64,000 nt of DNA from Saccostrea echinata (taxonomy: Eukaryota): NCBI RefSeq assembly GCF_033153115.1, contig NW_026889759.1, forward strand, positions 11,222,001-11,286,000. Direction: 5' to 3'. The notes beneath the pieces were generated by a model. That model was not told the DNA's origin, ran no database searches, and saw only the letters and a program-made list of their open reading frames with translations. Positions 1 to 13,900 of the stretch are shown here, one piece after another; position 1 is the stretch's first letter, and each line of letters starts with the position of its first letter. Both the position numbers and the translations under genes were made by a program.

Positions 1-457
1 TGGCTTTTTCACGATTTTGATATTTTACATGCCCGGAAAATGTCAGAACTGGCGCCATTACGAAAACTGGAAATTTCACCGTCTCCAGTCGTAGCTGATT
101 TTCGATACTTGCGAACTGAATTAAATGCCGAACTTACAATTTATCAGTAGCACAATGCTTCTAGTACTCACCAATATCGATGAAAAGAAAATATCACTCC
201 ACATTTCGATAAAGGTCTTGCACGATTTCAAAATGCACGAAATGAAAAGAAAACTCGACGGTCTGATAAAATGTTTTCACCAGACTGTATATTTCATAAA
301 CAAACCATAAAAACGATGTTGGTGAGTACTAAAGGCATTGTACTAATAATAAGTTGTGATTTCAGCATTTAATTCGGTTCGCAAGTATCGAAAATCAACC
401 CGAGAATGCCGCCTCCAGTTGGAGGCGGTGAATTTCCAGTTTTCGTAATGGCGCCGG

Positions 458-3302
458 TGTAAAGACGAATAATGACCCCATAGAATAATGACCGGAGGGT
501 CATATTTCAACGACAAAAAATGACCCCCAGCCGTAGAAAAAATAAATTTTTTGTAGAAAAAGAGACCTAGGGTTCATTTTTTTATGTGTGCTTCCTATAA
601 AAAATTGACCCCCGTTGAAAAATGACCCCCTTTCCAACAGAGTGCATGTACAAAATTTATAACGGGTGATCGATGCCAAGGTTTTAACTTCAATGTTTGA
701 TATTCTTTATGCCCTTTTTGACCAGCACTGGACAAACGCGCAATTAAAATGCAATAAAACCGCATTACATTTACCTGCATATTTCTATCTTTTAAGCCTA
801 TTGTGTTCTCAGCACATATTGAAAATCGCAAAATGGCTACTATTGGTTATAACTGTTAACGTAATTTCCCTTTATGACTGTCTTCCATTTGTTTCATATT
901 TGGATATTTGACTGATTATAGACATTCATAGTTAAATAACAGACAAGTGGTATGTTCTGGCATTTCATTGGTAAACATGTCTCCCAAAGTAATCAGCATG
1001 CTTTGAGTAGGATCAACTTTAAAAAAAAAAATGAAGGAAAAAAAAAGAATGAAATAAGTTTTCAGAAATAAATACGGAAAGTTATGCAATGTAATATATA
1101 TGCATATTTTGAATGACATAAAAAGTCGTGCAAATGAGGTAGAATGTATCGAAAATGACGTAATAACTCGTGCGAACGACATATTGTGGATATACATATT
1201 TCTTAATAAAAAAAAATGGTGAAGATAACGAACAGTGATGATTTTAAAATATCCACAAGCAGTACAATTTTGTTAACAGGGCATAAAAAAGGACCCTCGA
1301 AAATTGCAGAGGTGGGATCAGGTGCCTAGAAAGAGTAAGCATCTCCTGTTGTCCCGTTACACCGCCGTGAGCGCTATGAATAAATCAGGTAAACGGGACA
1401 TTTCGTTGTCGAATTTAGTATAAAGACGGGCCAAACAATTGACCTAATTATAGGTTATATTTGTTGACAGGGTCATTGATACGACCATTGAATCTACGAA
1501 ATGCTGACTTTAAACGAGGTTGTTGAAACCCCTGTAACATCAACTTACATGTATCTGTCAGTAGCCTGCCTCGATTTAAAAATTAATCGTGCTTTTTGGG
1601 TATCGAATAAGTTGGAAGACGTAAACATTATATGCAAATGATTGCAGAATATTACTTCATAATTAAGGAAAATTGACAATAGAAAAGGCTAAAGTCATCC
1701 CGTTTGTCAGACAATTAAGTTGTTAGTTGGTCTTTATGGTCTATAGTCAGTAGAACGTCCAAATATGAAGCAGACGTGACAAACATAAGAAGGACATAAA
1801 ATTTCTGCATCTCTGAAATATATACAATCTTATGATGTGCATTCAATTTTATTTATAAACAGTGGTCTACTCTATGGGAATTTCTTTTCAAGTATATAGA
1901 AGTAATACAGGAGAATCCCAGTATAATGTACATTCAAGTCTGTGAACATGGTCGTCTGAGAATAGGATACATACATGTAAGAGGAATATTTTTTAATCCA
2001 CTTTAAAACAGTGATACATTTGTCAAATCAATATGGAAACATTTTCAATACAGTGTATATTGAAGTAGATTAATGTTTTCAATCTATAATTAAAGACAAA
2101 ACTATTTTATTGACCTTCAAGGTGAATACATGTATAAGGATTTATTTTTCCTACATTGAACTAAAAATAGATTGAAAACAATTCTGAAAAGTTATTTCAC
2201 CTGCATCTGAATTCTACTCAAGTGAACATAATATTCAGGCACAAAGAATCGGAGAAGAGGGAGGGATTGTTCCCCCTTTTCTGAATGTAAATTTTAGCAA
2301 TTTCTAATTTGAAAATGTTCATTGAAAGTCTTGTAACCACCCCCTCTTTCTTATACAGTATAGTTAAAAAATCTCTCCTACTTGAGTGAACAAAATGAAC
2401 ATTACATTCAGGCACATAGAATCAGGGATGGTGTGTCCAGCCCCTTCCATTTCCATGAAGGTACTTTTTTTCGCCTGAAAATGGTCATTGCAAGTCTGGT
2501 TGTCCTACCCCCAGCTTTTTGGTACAGTAGAGTAAAAGAAAATCCCACTTACATCAATAAACTTTTTGAGGGGTTCATCAAAGATATTTTTAACTAAAAG
2601 TATTTTTAATTTTTGACTCTTATAATGCGCCATTTCCCCTTTCGATGCTATGCCCGACATTTGTTTTTTCTACATTGCACCAAAACTAGATTTCAAATGC
2701 AAAATTAATACTGGTTATGCTTACATGTATGTTAACTCCTATTCTTTCACTCTGTTTGGTTAGACTTGAGCAAATGTAAATGTACATGTCTGCGTAATCG
2801 GTTTGTATCAATTTAATAGTTGAATCATATAATAAAACAATTATTGCTGTTTTTCTGTCAGGACGATCAGTGATTTTCCACCATCGAAAAACAATGCTCT
2901 CCTCGCCCTTTGTACTCGATAAATCTTTAACTCCATTTGATTCTGAATCATTGAATTGACCTTAAAAACAGCAATGATTGTATAATGTAATGAGATCAAT
3001 ATATCATCGATTTATTCCCAATGAAGCTCAAGTGAGCATTTTGGCCAACAGGTCTCTTGATTTATTAGTTTTATTTTGCCCCCTAAAAGTTTCAACTTTA
3101 ATCCGCTTTAAATCACATGGGGTCATTATTCTACGGGGGTCATTTTTCTTCACGTGGGGTATGCAGGTTTTTAGGGTTATGACACTTTTTCTGCGGGCAA
3201 AAGGGTCATTTTTCGCCGTTGAATAATGACCGGGGGTCATTATTCGACGTCGAAAAATGACCCCCGGTCATTATTCAATGTGGGTCATAATTCGTCTTTA
3301 CA
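458..3302. mobile_element. Non-autonomous Ginger1-type DNA transposon
   Basis: Termini TGTAAAGACGAAT...ATTCGTCTTTACA. 4-bp CCGG duplication at 454-457 and 3303-3306. Repeated AATGACC(C)/GGTCATT subterminal motifs at both ends. No transposase ORF. Confidence 0.8.
1216..1780 (-). mobile_element. Penelope-like retroelement 3' fragment (RT thumb + 3' UTR), decayed and unedited
   Basis: Minus strand gives remnants of the AYGVY.SQLIRY and LMLQGFQQ.RLKSAFR..GR motifs, plus the tail ...CTAGGCACCTGATCCCACCTCTG...CTGTTCGTTATCTTCACC. Homologous to 34900-35381. Confidence 0.75.
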
Positions 3303-4135
3303 CCGGTTCTGACGTTTTCCTGGCACGTAAAATATCAAAATCGTGAAAAAAAAGCCTGGAAAACGTCGATATTTCGGCCAACCACTGAAAACCAACCACC
3401 ATATTCAATTTTCCAAGGAAAAATCTTACTTTGTTTGGTACATGTAGTTATAGCGTGCGATTTCTCTGTTTGTTTTTTTTTTTCTATCTGCTTACATAAC
3501 TATTTAAGCTTTTAACCCACAGTTTCAAGATCATGTGAAAATCAGATTTTAACAATGCTCGAGGCTGTGACATTTAGGCAATAATATTCAAAAGTGTAAT
3601 TCATAGTGTAATGCGACTAGTGGTATGCTTGAGTTTGCTATGTAAGTATAGAGTTGTGTATGCACTTCTCTCTCCAATTCATACACATCATTTCAATGTT
3701 AAAATAATATTTATTTTTCAACATAAAATGCGTAACCCTGATTATTTTGTCAAAGCCGGGGTTCCAGATCCATTAAAGAGTTTTCCAAAAATTGCTAATT
3801 TTCACTTCAAACTGTTCTTAAAATATACATTAAATATGTTTGAACATTATGTTGAAACGGGACACTTTTTCTTTCTATCCACACAAATTTGTTCGTAATT
3901 ATTTACTTAGTAATAATAACAACAACAAAAAACAGTCTCCAAATTACAAATATCCTTGCAAGCATCTATATTTGCATATTACACAGTACTAATTAATCAC
4001 ATATATTATAATATATACATTTACATCTCATCTGATACTTTGGCATCATTTAAGCATGTTCATAATATACATTACATAGATTAGTTTTTTTGCTGTTAAG
4101 AGGGCAGTTCTAACTAGAATACTATAACTGTTTAC

Positions 4136-4524
4136 TATTCGGTATATTTGAAGACTTTCACCTCATAACCTCCAGATTCCCCACCAAGAGTCGCCCTAGA
4201 TCGTCCATACTTAATCTATCATTAGTTATCTAGACTACGGAGAAACTGTCCGTCCTGATCATTGATGTGGATGCATTTATTCCCATTATCACCCACCAGG
4301 ATATGACCCATGGCGTCCGTAATAATGGTACATGGAATAAACTTTCCTTCCATCGTTTGCATTCCTTATGGTGGCATATTTCTGCCCCCTATATGCAAGA
4401 TAAATTATGTTAAATATATGCGACTCATTTATGTCAACAAGCAAAATAATTATGTTGACATGCAAGTTACCAATCTCTTTAAAGAATCTAATTTTAGTAC
4501 TGGTAAATTTACTAACGCCATTAA

Positions 4525-4563
<39 letters not shown>

Positions 4564-4880
4564 TTATGTTAACATTCCTTCAGGCCTATATCGGTTTTGG
4601 AATTTCTCCTTCTTGTTGACCACAACGGCCCTGGCGTTCACATCACAAGCACATATAACCCCATTCACATTCTCTGCCACGTAAAACATTCTATCTCCTT
4701 CATTAAATAAAGAATTCCCCTGGTCATCTTTTTCAATCTCCTAGCGCACAATCTTATAAGTTCCCTCACAAGAAATACCCATAGCGACCAGCAAGTCGAC
4801 AGATTTTGTACCGCAAAGTGCTAGACGCTCCCATCTCTGACAATATTAACAGATCTTTTCATTCTATCTGTATATGATAG
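4136..4880 (-). pseudogene. NHL/beta-propeller (TRIM-NHL-like) pseudogene fragment
   Basis: Minus-strand translation gives YVAENVNGVICACDVNARAVVVNKK and IITDAMGHILVGDNGNKCIHINDQDGQFLR, with stops and frameshifts. Interrupted by a repeat at ~4365-4575. Confidence 0.65.
4365..4575. repeat. Dispersed repeat fragment rich in ATGTTGACATGCAAG motifs
   Basis: Internal direct repeat TATGGTGGCATATTTCTGCCCCCTA.ATGCAAGATAAATTATGTT occurs twice. Similar motifs recur at ~14270-14880 and ~15170-15400. Confidence 0.55.
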
Positions 4881-5794
4881 ATCTCCGGTTTTTTTTTTTT
4901 ATCAAAATGTCACTCGGATGACCATTCGAATCCACACAACTAGACAAAACGGTCGCCAGTATGAAACACTGTGTGTTTGGCCATTAAAACTTGTTTGAAT
5001 GCAAAGAAAAGTTCATTAGAAGTGAATAAATAATTCTAAAACCAGTGTCAAAAAGTTAATCTATCTTATTTACAGCTCATTTCATAAGGGGGGGGGGGGT
5101 ATATGAAATCAGGCTTTAAAACATGGCCACATTTTCAAATATTCATGGAAATACATAAATAACCCTTACATCATTTCATAAGGGGGAAGGGGTTAGAAAT
5201 TTTATCAACTGAAGTCAGGCTTTAAAACATGACCAGATTTTCAAATACCCACGGAAATGGATAAATAACCCTTAAATCTCTCCATTTGTTTAACTTATGT
5301 AGAATTCAACATACATTACATCAGATTGACCAAGAACTTTTTTTCTCATTTGAAATTAATTGGTAATAAAGTACATGTAACTATTTTTGCTGTTTTTAGT
5401 CTGTAAACATCCCCCCCCCCCCGGTGAAACAACAAAACCTTTGCTATGAATTTGTGAAATAACGATTCGTTTTACCTGTAGAAAGGTTGTTGTTTCACAG
5501 AGGAGGGGGGGGGGGGTTGAAAATAAATATCTGTGTTCCTAGTGTTAAACACTAGTTTTACCAAAATTATGGAGTTAACTCACTTTGCTTTCCCAAATAA
5601 GTTATGTTTTATGAAAATTTACATTAATGTCTATATACAGTGTAAATATAAAAAAAAATCATTCAAATATGTTAAATTTTGAAAATAGCGGAACAATACT
5701 AGCATTCGCAGTTCTTTTTCTTGTGATCGTAGGATTTATTCAAGTATGCGTATTAAAGATATTAAGATATCAAAATAGGCAATATCATCTATAA

Positions 5795-5868
5795 GCAGTG
5801 GCAGTTGGCAGTAAGCAGTGAGCAGCTGGCAGCAGGCAGCTGGCAGTTGGTAGTAAGCAGTTGGCTGT
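5795..5868. repeat. 7-bp minisatellite (GCAGTTG-like)
   Basis: About 10 degenerate GCAGnnn units in tandem. Confidence 0.7.
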
Positions 5869-5980
5869 CGTATAACCAGAGTTATACCGCTTTTGTTAGT
5901 ATGCTGTTATCCTAATGAAAAATCTGAGACTTGGATGTATTTTTCTTTTTTTAAGCATAGAAATAACCAATACTTTTTAA

Positions 5981-7511
5981 AACAAGAGGTCCATGGGCCA
6001 CAACGCTCACCAGAGTAAAGTTGAACCTGAAGAATTTTTGAAAAAAAATCCTTTATTCCAATGAAAAAAATTGACCCCATTTAGTCCCCATACTGTGGAA
6101 CTACCTTGGCCTCAAGGGTTTATAGGCCTAAGTAAATTGAACTTGAATCCATACAACTTTTGGATGCTTCAATATCAATTTAACTTCTAAATGACCTTGA
6201 TGTTCTGGAGAAGAGAATTAAAAAAAAAAGAAGATTTTATTCTTTTAAACATTAGTCCATTATATTGCATTGTAAAATTTGGATACCCAATTTTAGTTCC
6301 ATCCTAACTCCAGTGTCCATAATTTCAACAAGACTTGAATTTACACAACTTTGTAATAATTGCATAATTATCAATATGATTTCGTGTGGCCTCGATACTC
6401 TTGAATTTTTCTTTTCATTTTCAAAGCACACACAAATACGAATCCGATCCCCTAATGTGGCCCCGACTTACCTTCAGGGACCATGATTTGAACCAATTTG
6501 AATCTGCTCTACTTGAGGATATTCGCATATTTATGTCACTAATCATGACCTTTCTTTTCTTGGGAGAAATATTTTAAAAGATTTTTTCCAATGCATTCAC
6601 ATTAAACAACTGATCCATGGCCACAAAAATTGCCCCAAGTTAGGCCCGACACAATTATTTGAATAAAATCGAATCTGCAATACCTGAAGACGCTTGCTTA
6701 TCAGTATCACTGAAGGTGGCGCTGTTTTTCCTGGGAAGAATACTTGAAAAAAGGAATTTCTATTGATTTCCTTTGTAAACATTTGATCCACTATTGTGTC
6801 CCTATCCTACCCTGGGGGCCTTGACTTGAACAAACTTGGATTTGCACTACCTGAGGATGATTATTTATTAATATTTATTATCATGGCCTTGCTCTTCTTG
6901 AGAAGAAGATTAAAAAAACTGGCATACTTATTCCCAAGTTAAAGTCTGATCCCATAATATGGCTCCACCTTACCCCTGGGACCATGAATTAATTAAACCT
7001 GAACCTGCATTGCCTGAGGATGTTGGGATATTAACAGTACATATCATCACCCTGCTGTTCTTGAGAAAAAGTATATTCCACTGGAAAATTCTAATCCCGT
7101 ATCGTGACCCCATCCTATTCCGGGAGGACATGATTTAAACAATCTTGAATCTACACTGTGCCAAAATAAGTTTTCACATAAGTTTTATTTTTTCTGACTC
7201 GGTGACTCTTGAGAAGAAGATTTTTTAATGACCCCAACCAATTTTTTCTTTTTCTTAATTATCTCCCCTTGGAAGAGGGTGTGGCCCTTCATTCTTAATT
7301 ATCTCTCCTTGAGAAGAGGTGTGACCCTACACTTGAAAAATTCGAATTTCCTTCATTCAAGGATACTTTGTGGCAAGTTTGGTTGAATTTGGCACAGTTG
7401 TTCTACAAAAGAGAAAGTTTACAGAAGACACGCGACAGACATATGGTCAGAGGGACGCGGGACACTCTTCGATCAGAAAAGCTCACTTGAGCTTTTGGCT
7501 CAGGTGAGCAA
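5981..7511 (-). mobile_element. Helentron-like non-autonomous element (HINE) with a decayed internal satellite array
   Basis: Ends AACAAGAGGTCCATGGGCC..GCTCACC and hairpin GCTCACTTGAGC..GCTCAGGTGAGC. Internal degenerate ~160-170 bp repeats. Confidence 0.75.
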
Positions 7512-7944
7512 ATAATAAAGGAACATGTATGTAGCAAATGGCAATCTGAGCATAAATGAACGGATGTCTTGCTCATTATCAAGATTTAAAAAAAAAACTT
7601 GTTATAAATAAGCTAACGTCTTTGCAATTTCACAAATGAATGTACATTTTGGTCAACAAGGATTTATGGACGCCCTCATTTGAAAGAAGGCTCAGAGACG
7701 TAAAACTTTGTTCCATTTGATTATGTTATGATTCAATATACACTGTACTTGAACGAACGTATAAGAACCTCATTTTATCACTGTTGTTGGTTACAGCGTA
7801 ACTTAAATAAATACAATGAAATTGAGAAACATTCTTCATTGCCTTTGATTGTATGCATATCAAACGCATAATAAACGGTGGGTCGTGAGAATATACCGGG
7901 TGCGGGGTATTTGGGTAGGTCTCCTGTCACGATCTTTACCCCCC

Positions 7945-7952
7945 TATATATA
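7945..7952 (+). promoter_or_regulatory. Putative TATA box of the chymotrypsin-like gene
   Basis: TATATATA ~40 nt upstream of the ATG at 7992. Confidence 0.5.
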
Positions 7953-7991
7953 CGATACTCACAACAAGATACACAAACTTTTACAATCATA

Positions 7992-10900
7992 ATGAATCCT
8001 GTCCTTTTCCTGTTGGTTGGAGTCGGTAAGTTCTAGCACTTGCAACTTTTTATCAATTATCACATTTTCACTAAATTATTTTCTTATGTTGAAATTAACA
8101 CCTTTTATATATTATTTTTTATCCTTAAAGTCATATATGGCGTATTTTTGATAAGTTAAGACTAACTAAAATTAAAGAGATCTTTCTATTTGTTATATTA
8201 CTTTATATAAAGATAGGACTTTCCTGTAAATTACACAATTTAAATCAATCGCGTTTCATAGTTATTAGAAATTTAAAACAAAATTTATTTACCGACTCCG
8301 TATTTAAATATCAGACACAGTTTAAAGTTGATTTACCTATAGAAACGAGGGGTTTTTCAAGTTCAAAATCGGTGAAAATTTTAATTTGAACGTAAATATC
8401 AAATATCATGTTCATCTACACTCAATCTCGTATTTTTATACACCATATATAGCTTTAAAGATTTATACGAAAAGTATTCCGTATGCCAACGTGAAATTTT
8501 CGTTTACCGATTACATTTATTTTGAAAATTAAAAATTGTTATTTCTTATTTTGATTTTCAAATAAAAATCAGTAAACGATAAAATGATAAATTCAGATAA
8601 TACAGAAAAATAGTTCAGAAACACAAAAAATATTCAAAATGATTTTATTTAATTTTAATATTTTTTAAAATTTATTCGGAACAATATTTTCTTGAGCCCC
8701 AGTTTCCAAAATTAGGCATCAGATATTTCAGATTGGTCAAATCTTTTTGGCCATTTTGCTGATGTTAGTGAAACAACAGGAATTAATATAAAACATGATT
8801 TGATCATTTTTACAATGCATCTACTGTATTTTAAGATAAAAATTGTGTAATAATTTCGTCTCTAAAAAAAGAGCAAGATATTTTCCTGTAGACCTCGAAG
8901 GGGCTGTACCGAGGCACAGATATTCTAATATGAGCAAATAGAAAACATTTTACATACTGTCAGTGTCAGAATCAATGGTATATATATATATATATATTAT
9001 GATTATTTAATTTTGTTGAAATAGTATATGTCCAAGATGGGTAAAACTCGAGAAGCAGAAGTAAGAGAATACGAGGGCAACAAAGAAAGGAAATGAGGGG
9101 ACTGAACTGAGGGAGTGAGAACGCGCAAATGACAGCACAATGTCGCTCCTTCGCTCTCTTAAAAACGAGAATGATAGGGAACGAGTTAGTGATCCATTGC
9201 TTTGTACGCGATCTCGCTCTGTAAATAACTTTTTCGCCCTAGCTCCCTTGTGTTGTCGCCCCAATGTACTTCCTCCCTCTCCCTTGATCTAAGAGAGAGA
9301 GAGAGAGAGAGTAGCCTTATCAATGCACTACTACATGTAGAATGGTATAGTGGTGATATTTGTAATATATATATTTTTTTATTTATGTGAGAATTTAAAG
9401 AACAATTTAATATAGGAAAAAAAACATAATTTATGTAACGTCTGGTTATCTTAGCATAAAAAATACAAAACCTAACAAATGAATTGTTTATCCATTATTG
9501 GACATTATACGGGATGTCCTCCTCTATGCATGAGCTTAAAACAATATGTAAGATTATTTATATTACAAATCTTACGATCAAAATAGATCTGACGGTACTT
9601 TGAATGCAAACAAATGAATAAAATTAAACAGAACAAAACGAAAAAAAAGACAGATAAATAAATACTTGTAAATATATGATATATTGAATAAAAAGATTAT
9701 TTTAGAAAATTATTTTTCACGTTTCACAGTCTTTCTATGCAGCAATACATATACTTGAAAAAAAAATCCAAAAATAAAAGAAAGCAGACACACAAAAAAA
9801 TGTATAGAAATAAATTTCTTCGGGATAACTTTCCTGTAACAAGTACAGTACTTCATGCGGATAAATTACGTTCAATGTATTCAGCCTCGAAGTTCTGTAA
9901 GTCATTCCAGTTGTGGGAGTCCTGCGGGGCCTGGGTTTAAAACTAATTTTAAAACAGAAAATATCAATGTCAGACAAGATTATTAACCTGACACAGTCCT
10001 AACGGCTAGTATACTGGGTAACCTTGTGGTTTCAGGGGTTCTATTGCCCAGGCGCCGCAGAATTATGGCGCAAGATCTAACTTCATGTCAAAAATTCCCA
10101 AAAGGCTAACTCAGAAAAGAAAACGCAGAAAAGTACATTTCTAATATGAGATTTATATGGAATTTAATGTTATTGTTTCACTTAAAATTAGTATGGTTCA
10201 ACGTAATTTCAAAACAAAAACAGAAAATTAGTCGTTACAAATTTTGCATGTCTTTGAAACTGTGAGCACGTGCATGTATATTTCCTACAAAGGTGAAATA
10301 AGCATCTACATTTTAATGGCTTACTAAGGTAAAGCGGTTCTGCTATACACATTATAATTTAATGGATGATTCTGATTAGTAGAATAAAAAGTCTAAAATG
10401 ATTATTTTAGAATTATTGATACCTAGTCAAACTAGAAGTTTTAAAGGACGAATGCATGCTTACTAACACTTCTTAATTAAATGTTCAATTTTTGAAGCGG
10501 TCCAACTTAATATCAAGTCTACAAAAAGATTTTAATATTATTATTTAATATTTTGATATACATTATACTCAGTTTAAACCTCAGCATTTCTGTGCTTATG
10601 CTTTTCATGCATATTTGCCTTTTTCATTATTTTGTTAATTTTTTCGATTTAGTTCTACTATTTGTTTGCAGTCTTTCAAAATTCCCTTATAGTATTCTAT
10701 TACTATATGGAAATACTGAGTTATACTCCGCTGTATAATTCAAAATTTTTCTTTTCATTTTTTTCTTTTTTAAGGTTATATCTGCTTTAATATTATACAT
10801 TTATTGACCGAGTTCGAGGGTAACATGCGTTTTGTCGTGTCGGACCGAAGAACCAAACCGTTTGCCTGAGGCCGTCAGGCCGAAGGCACAAGTTTAGTTC

Positions 10901-13900
10901 GAGGGGTCGACAGAATGCATTTTGCCCGAGAACACAGTCAATAAATGTTTTGTTATTATCATGAACACTCCATCATTTCAGTCCCCTCATTTTCTGTCTT
11001 TGTTGCCATCATATTCTCTCATTCTTGCTTCTCGAGTTATCCCCATCTGTACATATACTATTTCAACAAAATGAAATAATCATAATATATACACCTTGAT
11101 TCTAACATTGACAGTATTTTGTGGTTGTGTTAGAATGTGCATATGGGGAAATGGGACGTTATTTTTTGCATTGCTTGGTTGCAATAATTCCTTATTGATA
11201 ATTACATAAGCGTTGTGACTAAAAGTTTTAAAAATTTGCATAATACTAAATCTAAATAATTATTATTACGTTTAAATTTGTTTTAATTTCTTATCAGATA
11301 TTTATTAATTTATGATTTTATAGAGTTGTTACATGAACTGCTCCCTAACATGGGCGTGCGTAAGATATAAACACAAACATATTGAGTTTCCGGATATGAG
11401 TAACAGCGCCTAAAATAATTAATAAATTGTAAAAAGTTTAAGAACTGAATTTGGTTTTGAATACACTACAGTTGGAAATAACAATGAAACTTTTTTCTGC
11501 ACCTCACATTTATTTTGATACATCACAACACTGATCAGCATAATCACGTGACAAAGATCAAGGGTATCATCACTTGAAGTTTATTATTTAGATATTTGTT
11601 GCATTTGTCTTTGAATCAAATAATTTGATAATAATACATTTCTATACTTTAATATCTCAGCCCGATTTTTATATCCATGAATTTATTTATCTTGATAAAT
11701 ATTAAACCATTGATCACTGATAGTTAAAGTATTAATTAAAATTACACGGAAAAGTAAAGCAAATTTTAAAACGTATCACATACTTTTTCAATTTGGAATT
11801 TTTTCTTCTCTGGACTCTTTCTTGTGGAAATACTTCAAAATGCTAAATATATTTTTGCGGCCAATTTGATGCTTTGCATAAATTTAACTTGTACCTTATA
11901 TTTCTTGATATACATGTATCTTGTGCTGGCTTCCATGATGTAAATTTCCGATCCTTTACCTGCATTTCTGTCTCTGTTTAACACGAACGAATGTGTGTAA
12001 GATTTAGCTGATCCCGCCCTCAGTATGACGTAAGCAGTCCAATATCTCATCGACAGGTCCAATATCTCATCGATAGGTTCTATATCTCATTCCGCGGTCA
12101 AACATCGATTATTTATGACCGCTCAATAAAACATAGGAAATGTAAACTTTTTTAGTATAGATTTCCATATGAAATAATTTTTAAAGGTATAACAATAGTA
12201 TGATTATGGACTACCCTTCACTGTCAATCCTTAAACTTCATTGTTAATTCTATATGCTTTTAACCTTGATCCTCTTGGAGAGGCTTATACAAGCATGATG
12301 CTTGATGTCAAATACAGCTATATGAGACTGTAAGTCTTCACATAATCAAATATTGATTATATTAAAACAGTTCTGAATTACAGTATAATTTTATATAAAA
12401 TATATTTTTTCTCTTGAACTGATGAAATAAACCCCATAGTATGCCACACAATATAAACTTCGTGTATTTATCTCCAATTTTCTTCCTTATTTTAAAAGAC
12501 CTCCACCTTTTAAAAAATATTTAACGTACTTTATTTCGTAATTGAAGCTTACGGTCTGCCCAGACATTTCCAGAGCCGCATTGTCAATGGAGTGGATTCT
12601 GGGCAGGGCGATTGGCCTTGGCAGGCATCCCTCCACTACGAGACCAGCCGGGGTTCGTTCTCTCACATATGTGGAGGGTCACTCATAGACACAAACTGGG
12701 TTCTCACTGCTGCACACTGCGTGGAATTCGAGTAAGTGGAAACCATTCAACAGTGGACATTTCTAGTTTATTGTTCTTGAATCCTTGCGACAATTGGTCA
12801 GAAATATAAAGACATTTTAAGGTTAATCATCCCTTTAAAATTATGCTTCAACTTTAACTTTTTGGAAGAAATTTATAATTAAAATGCACATAATTTTAGT
12901 CTAGCTTTCGGGACAAAATTTGACCTAAATGGCCTTTTAACTTTACAATTTTATAAAGGAATTATAGTCATTTTAACTTATCAGAAGGTCAACCTAAATT
13001 TAAACAAATTGTACAATTTATCTTGATTTTAATAAATATCACAGAACTTTAAACCAATTCCTTTGCTATGATGTATAGATATAATTTCCTAACTGTCAGC
13101 TGTTATGGTTATATTTCAAAAATTATAATTATATCTATAAAATATACATGTAAGTCATAAAGTAACGATGCAGAGTTAATAAAAAATGATAAGCATTTCA
13201 AAGAATGTAGACAAATATCATATAATTGATTCTGTTTTGAGGTCAATACGATGATTCAAACACCCGAGGAGTACAATATATTCACGGAGTCCAAAGAGCG
13301 AGGTGAATATTGTACTCTTCAGGTGTCTAAACCATCGTATTGACCTAAAAAAAAAAACAGCAATAATTGTGTAATGTTATTGTTGGCAATTATTTTTTTC
13401 AGTAATAATGTGAATAAATTCCGTGTTGTTCTTGGAGAACACATTCAAAGCGAAGACCATGGCTCTGAGCAGACAATCAACATTGCAGAAATTATCATGG
13501 TAGTATGCTTGCTGTTACAATTTCTTCCCCCAACCCAACCACGTTACAAAGAATTTCAAAGTGCAACAAAATCAAGTTAATCTTAAATCGAACCAAAAAA
13601 ATTCTGACACGCAGAACTATCATTAAATACATGGCTAAAAATATCGAGTCTTATTAAATATTAATTTAAATGTGTTTTATTTTGTCTTGTAGCATGAACA
13701 ATACAACGGAGGTGGCAGTGGAATACCGAACGACATTGCTCTTCTTCGTCTACAAGATTCCGCCGATACTAGTCGACCGGAAATCGGAATCGTGGCTCTG
13801 CCCAGTTCCTCCAATCAAGAATTTTCAACCCGAGACACCTGCTTCATCAGTGGCTGGGGAAAGACTAGTGGTAATTATAATTAACCTACATGTATATTAT

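Larger units (their letters stand above)
1..3358. mobile_element. Foldback/palindromic non-autonomous element (left end outside the window); right arm split by a nested insertion
   Basis: Bases ~50-180 are the reverse complement of ~312-457, and bases 1-50 are the reverse complement of ~3307-3357. Removing 458-3306 restores a continuous arm. Confidence 0.8.

Noticed and set aside
470-630. Cluster of nuclear-receptor half sites (TGACC/GGTCA)
   Set aside because: They are mirrored at ~3115-3290 as subterminal repeats of the Ginger-type element.
7570-8065. Several TTATCA (GATA) motifs around the chymotrypsin-like promoter
   Set aside because: Plausible for a gut gene but expected by chance at this AT content.
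11143-11187. Alternative first exon for the chymotrypsin-like gene
   Set aside because: The first ATG frame hits a stop and there is no good donor, whereas 7992-8025 gives a proper signal peptide, GTAAGT donor and correct phase.
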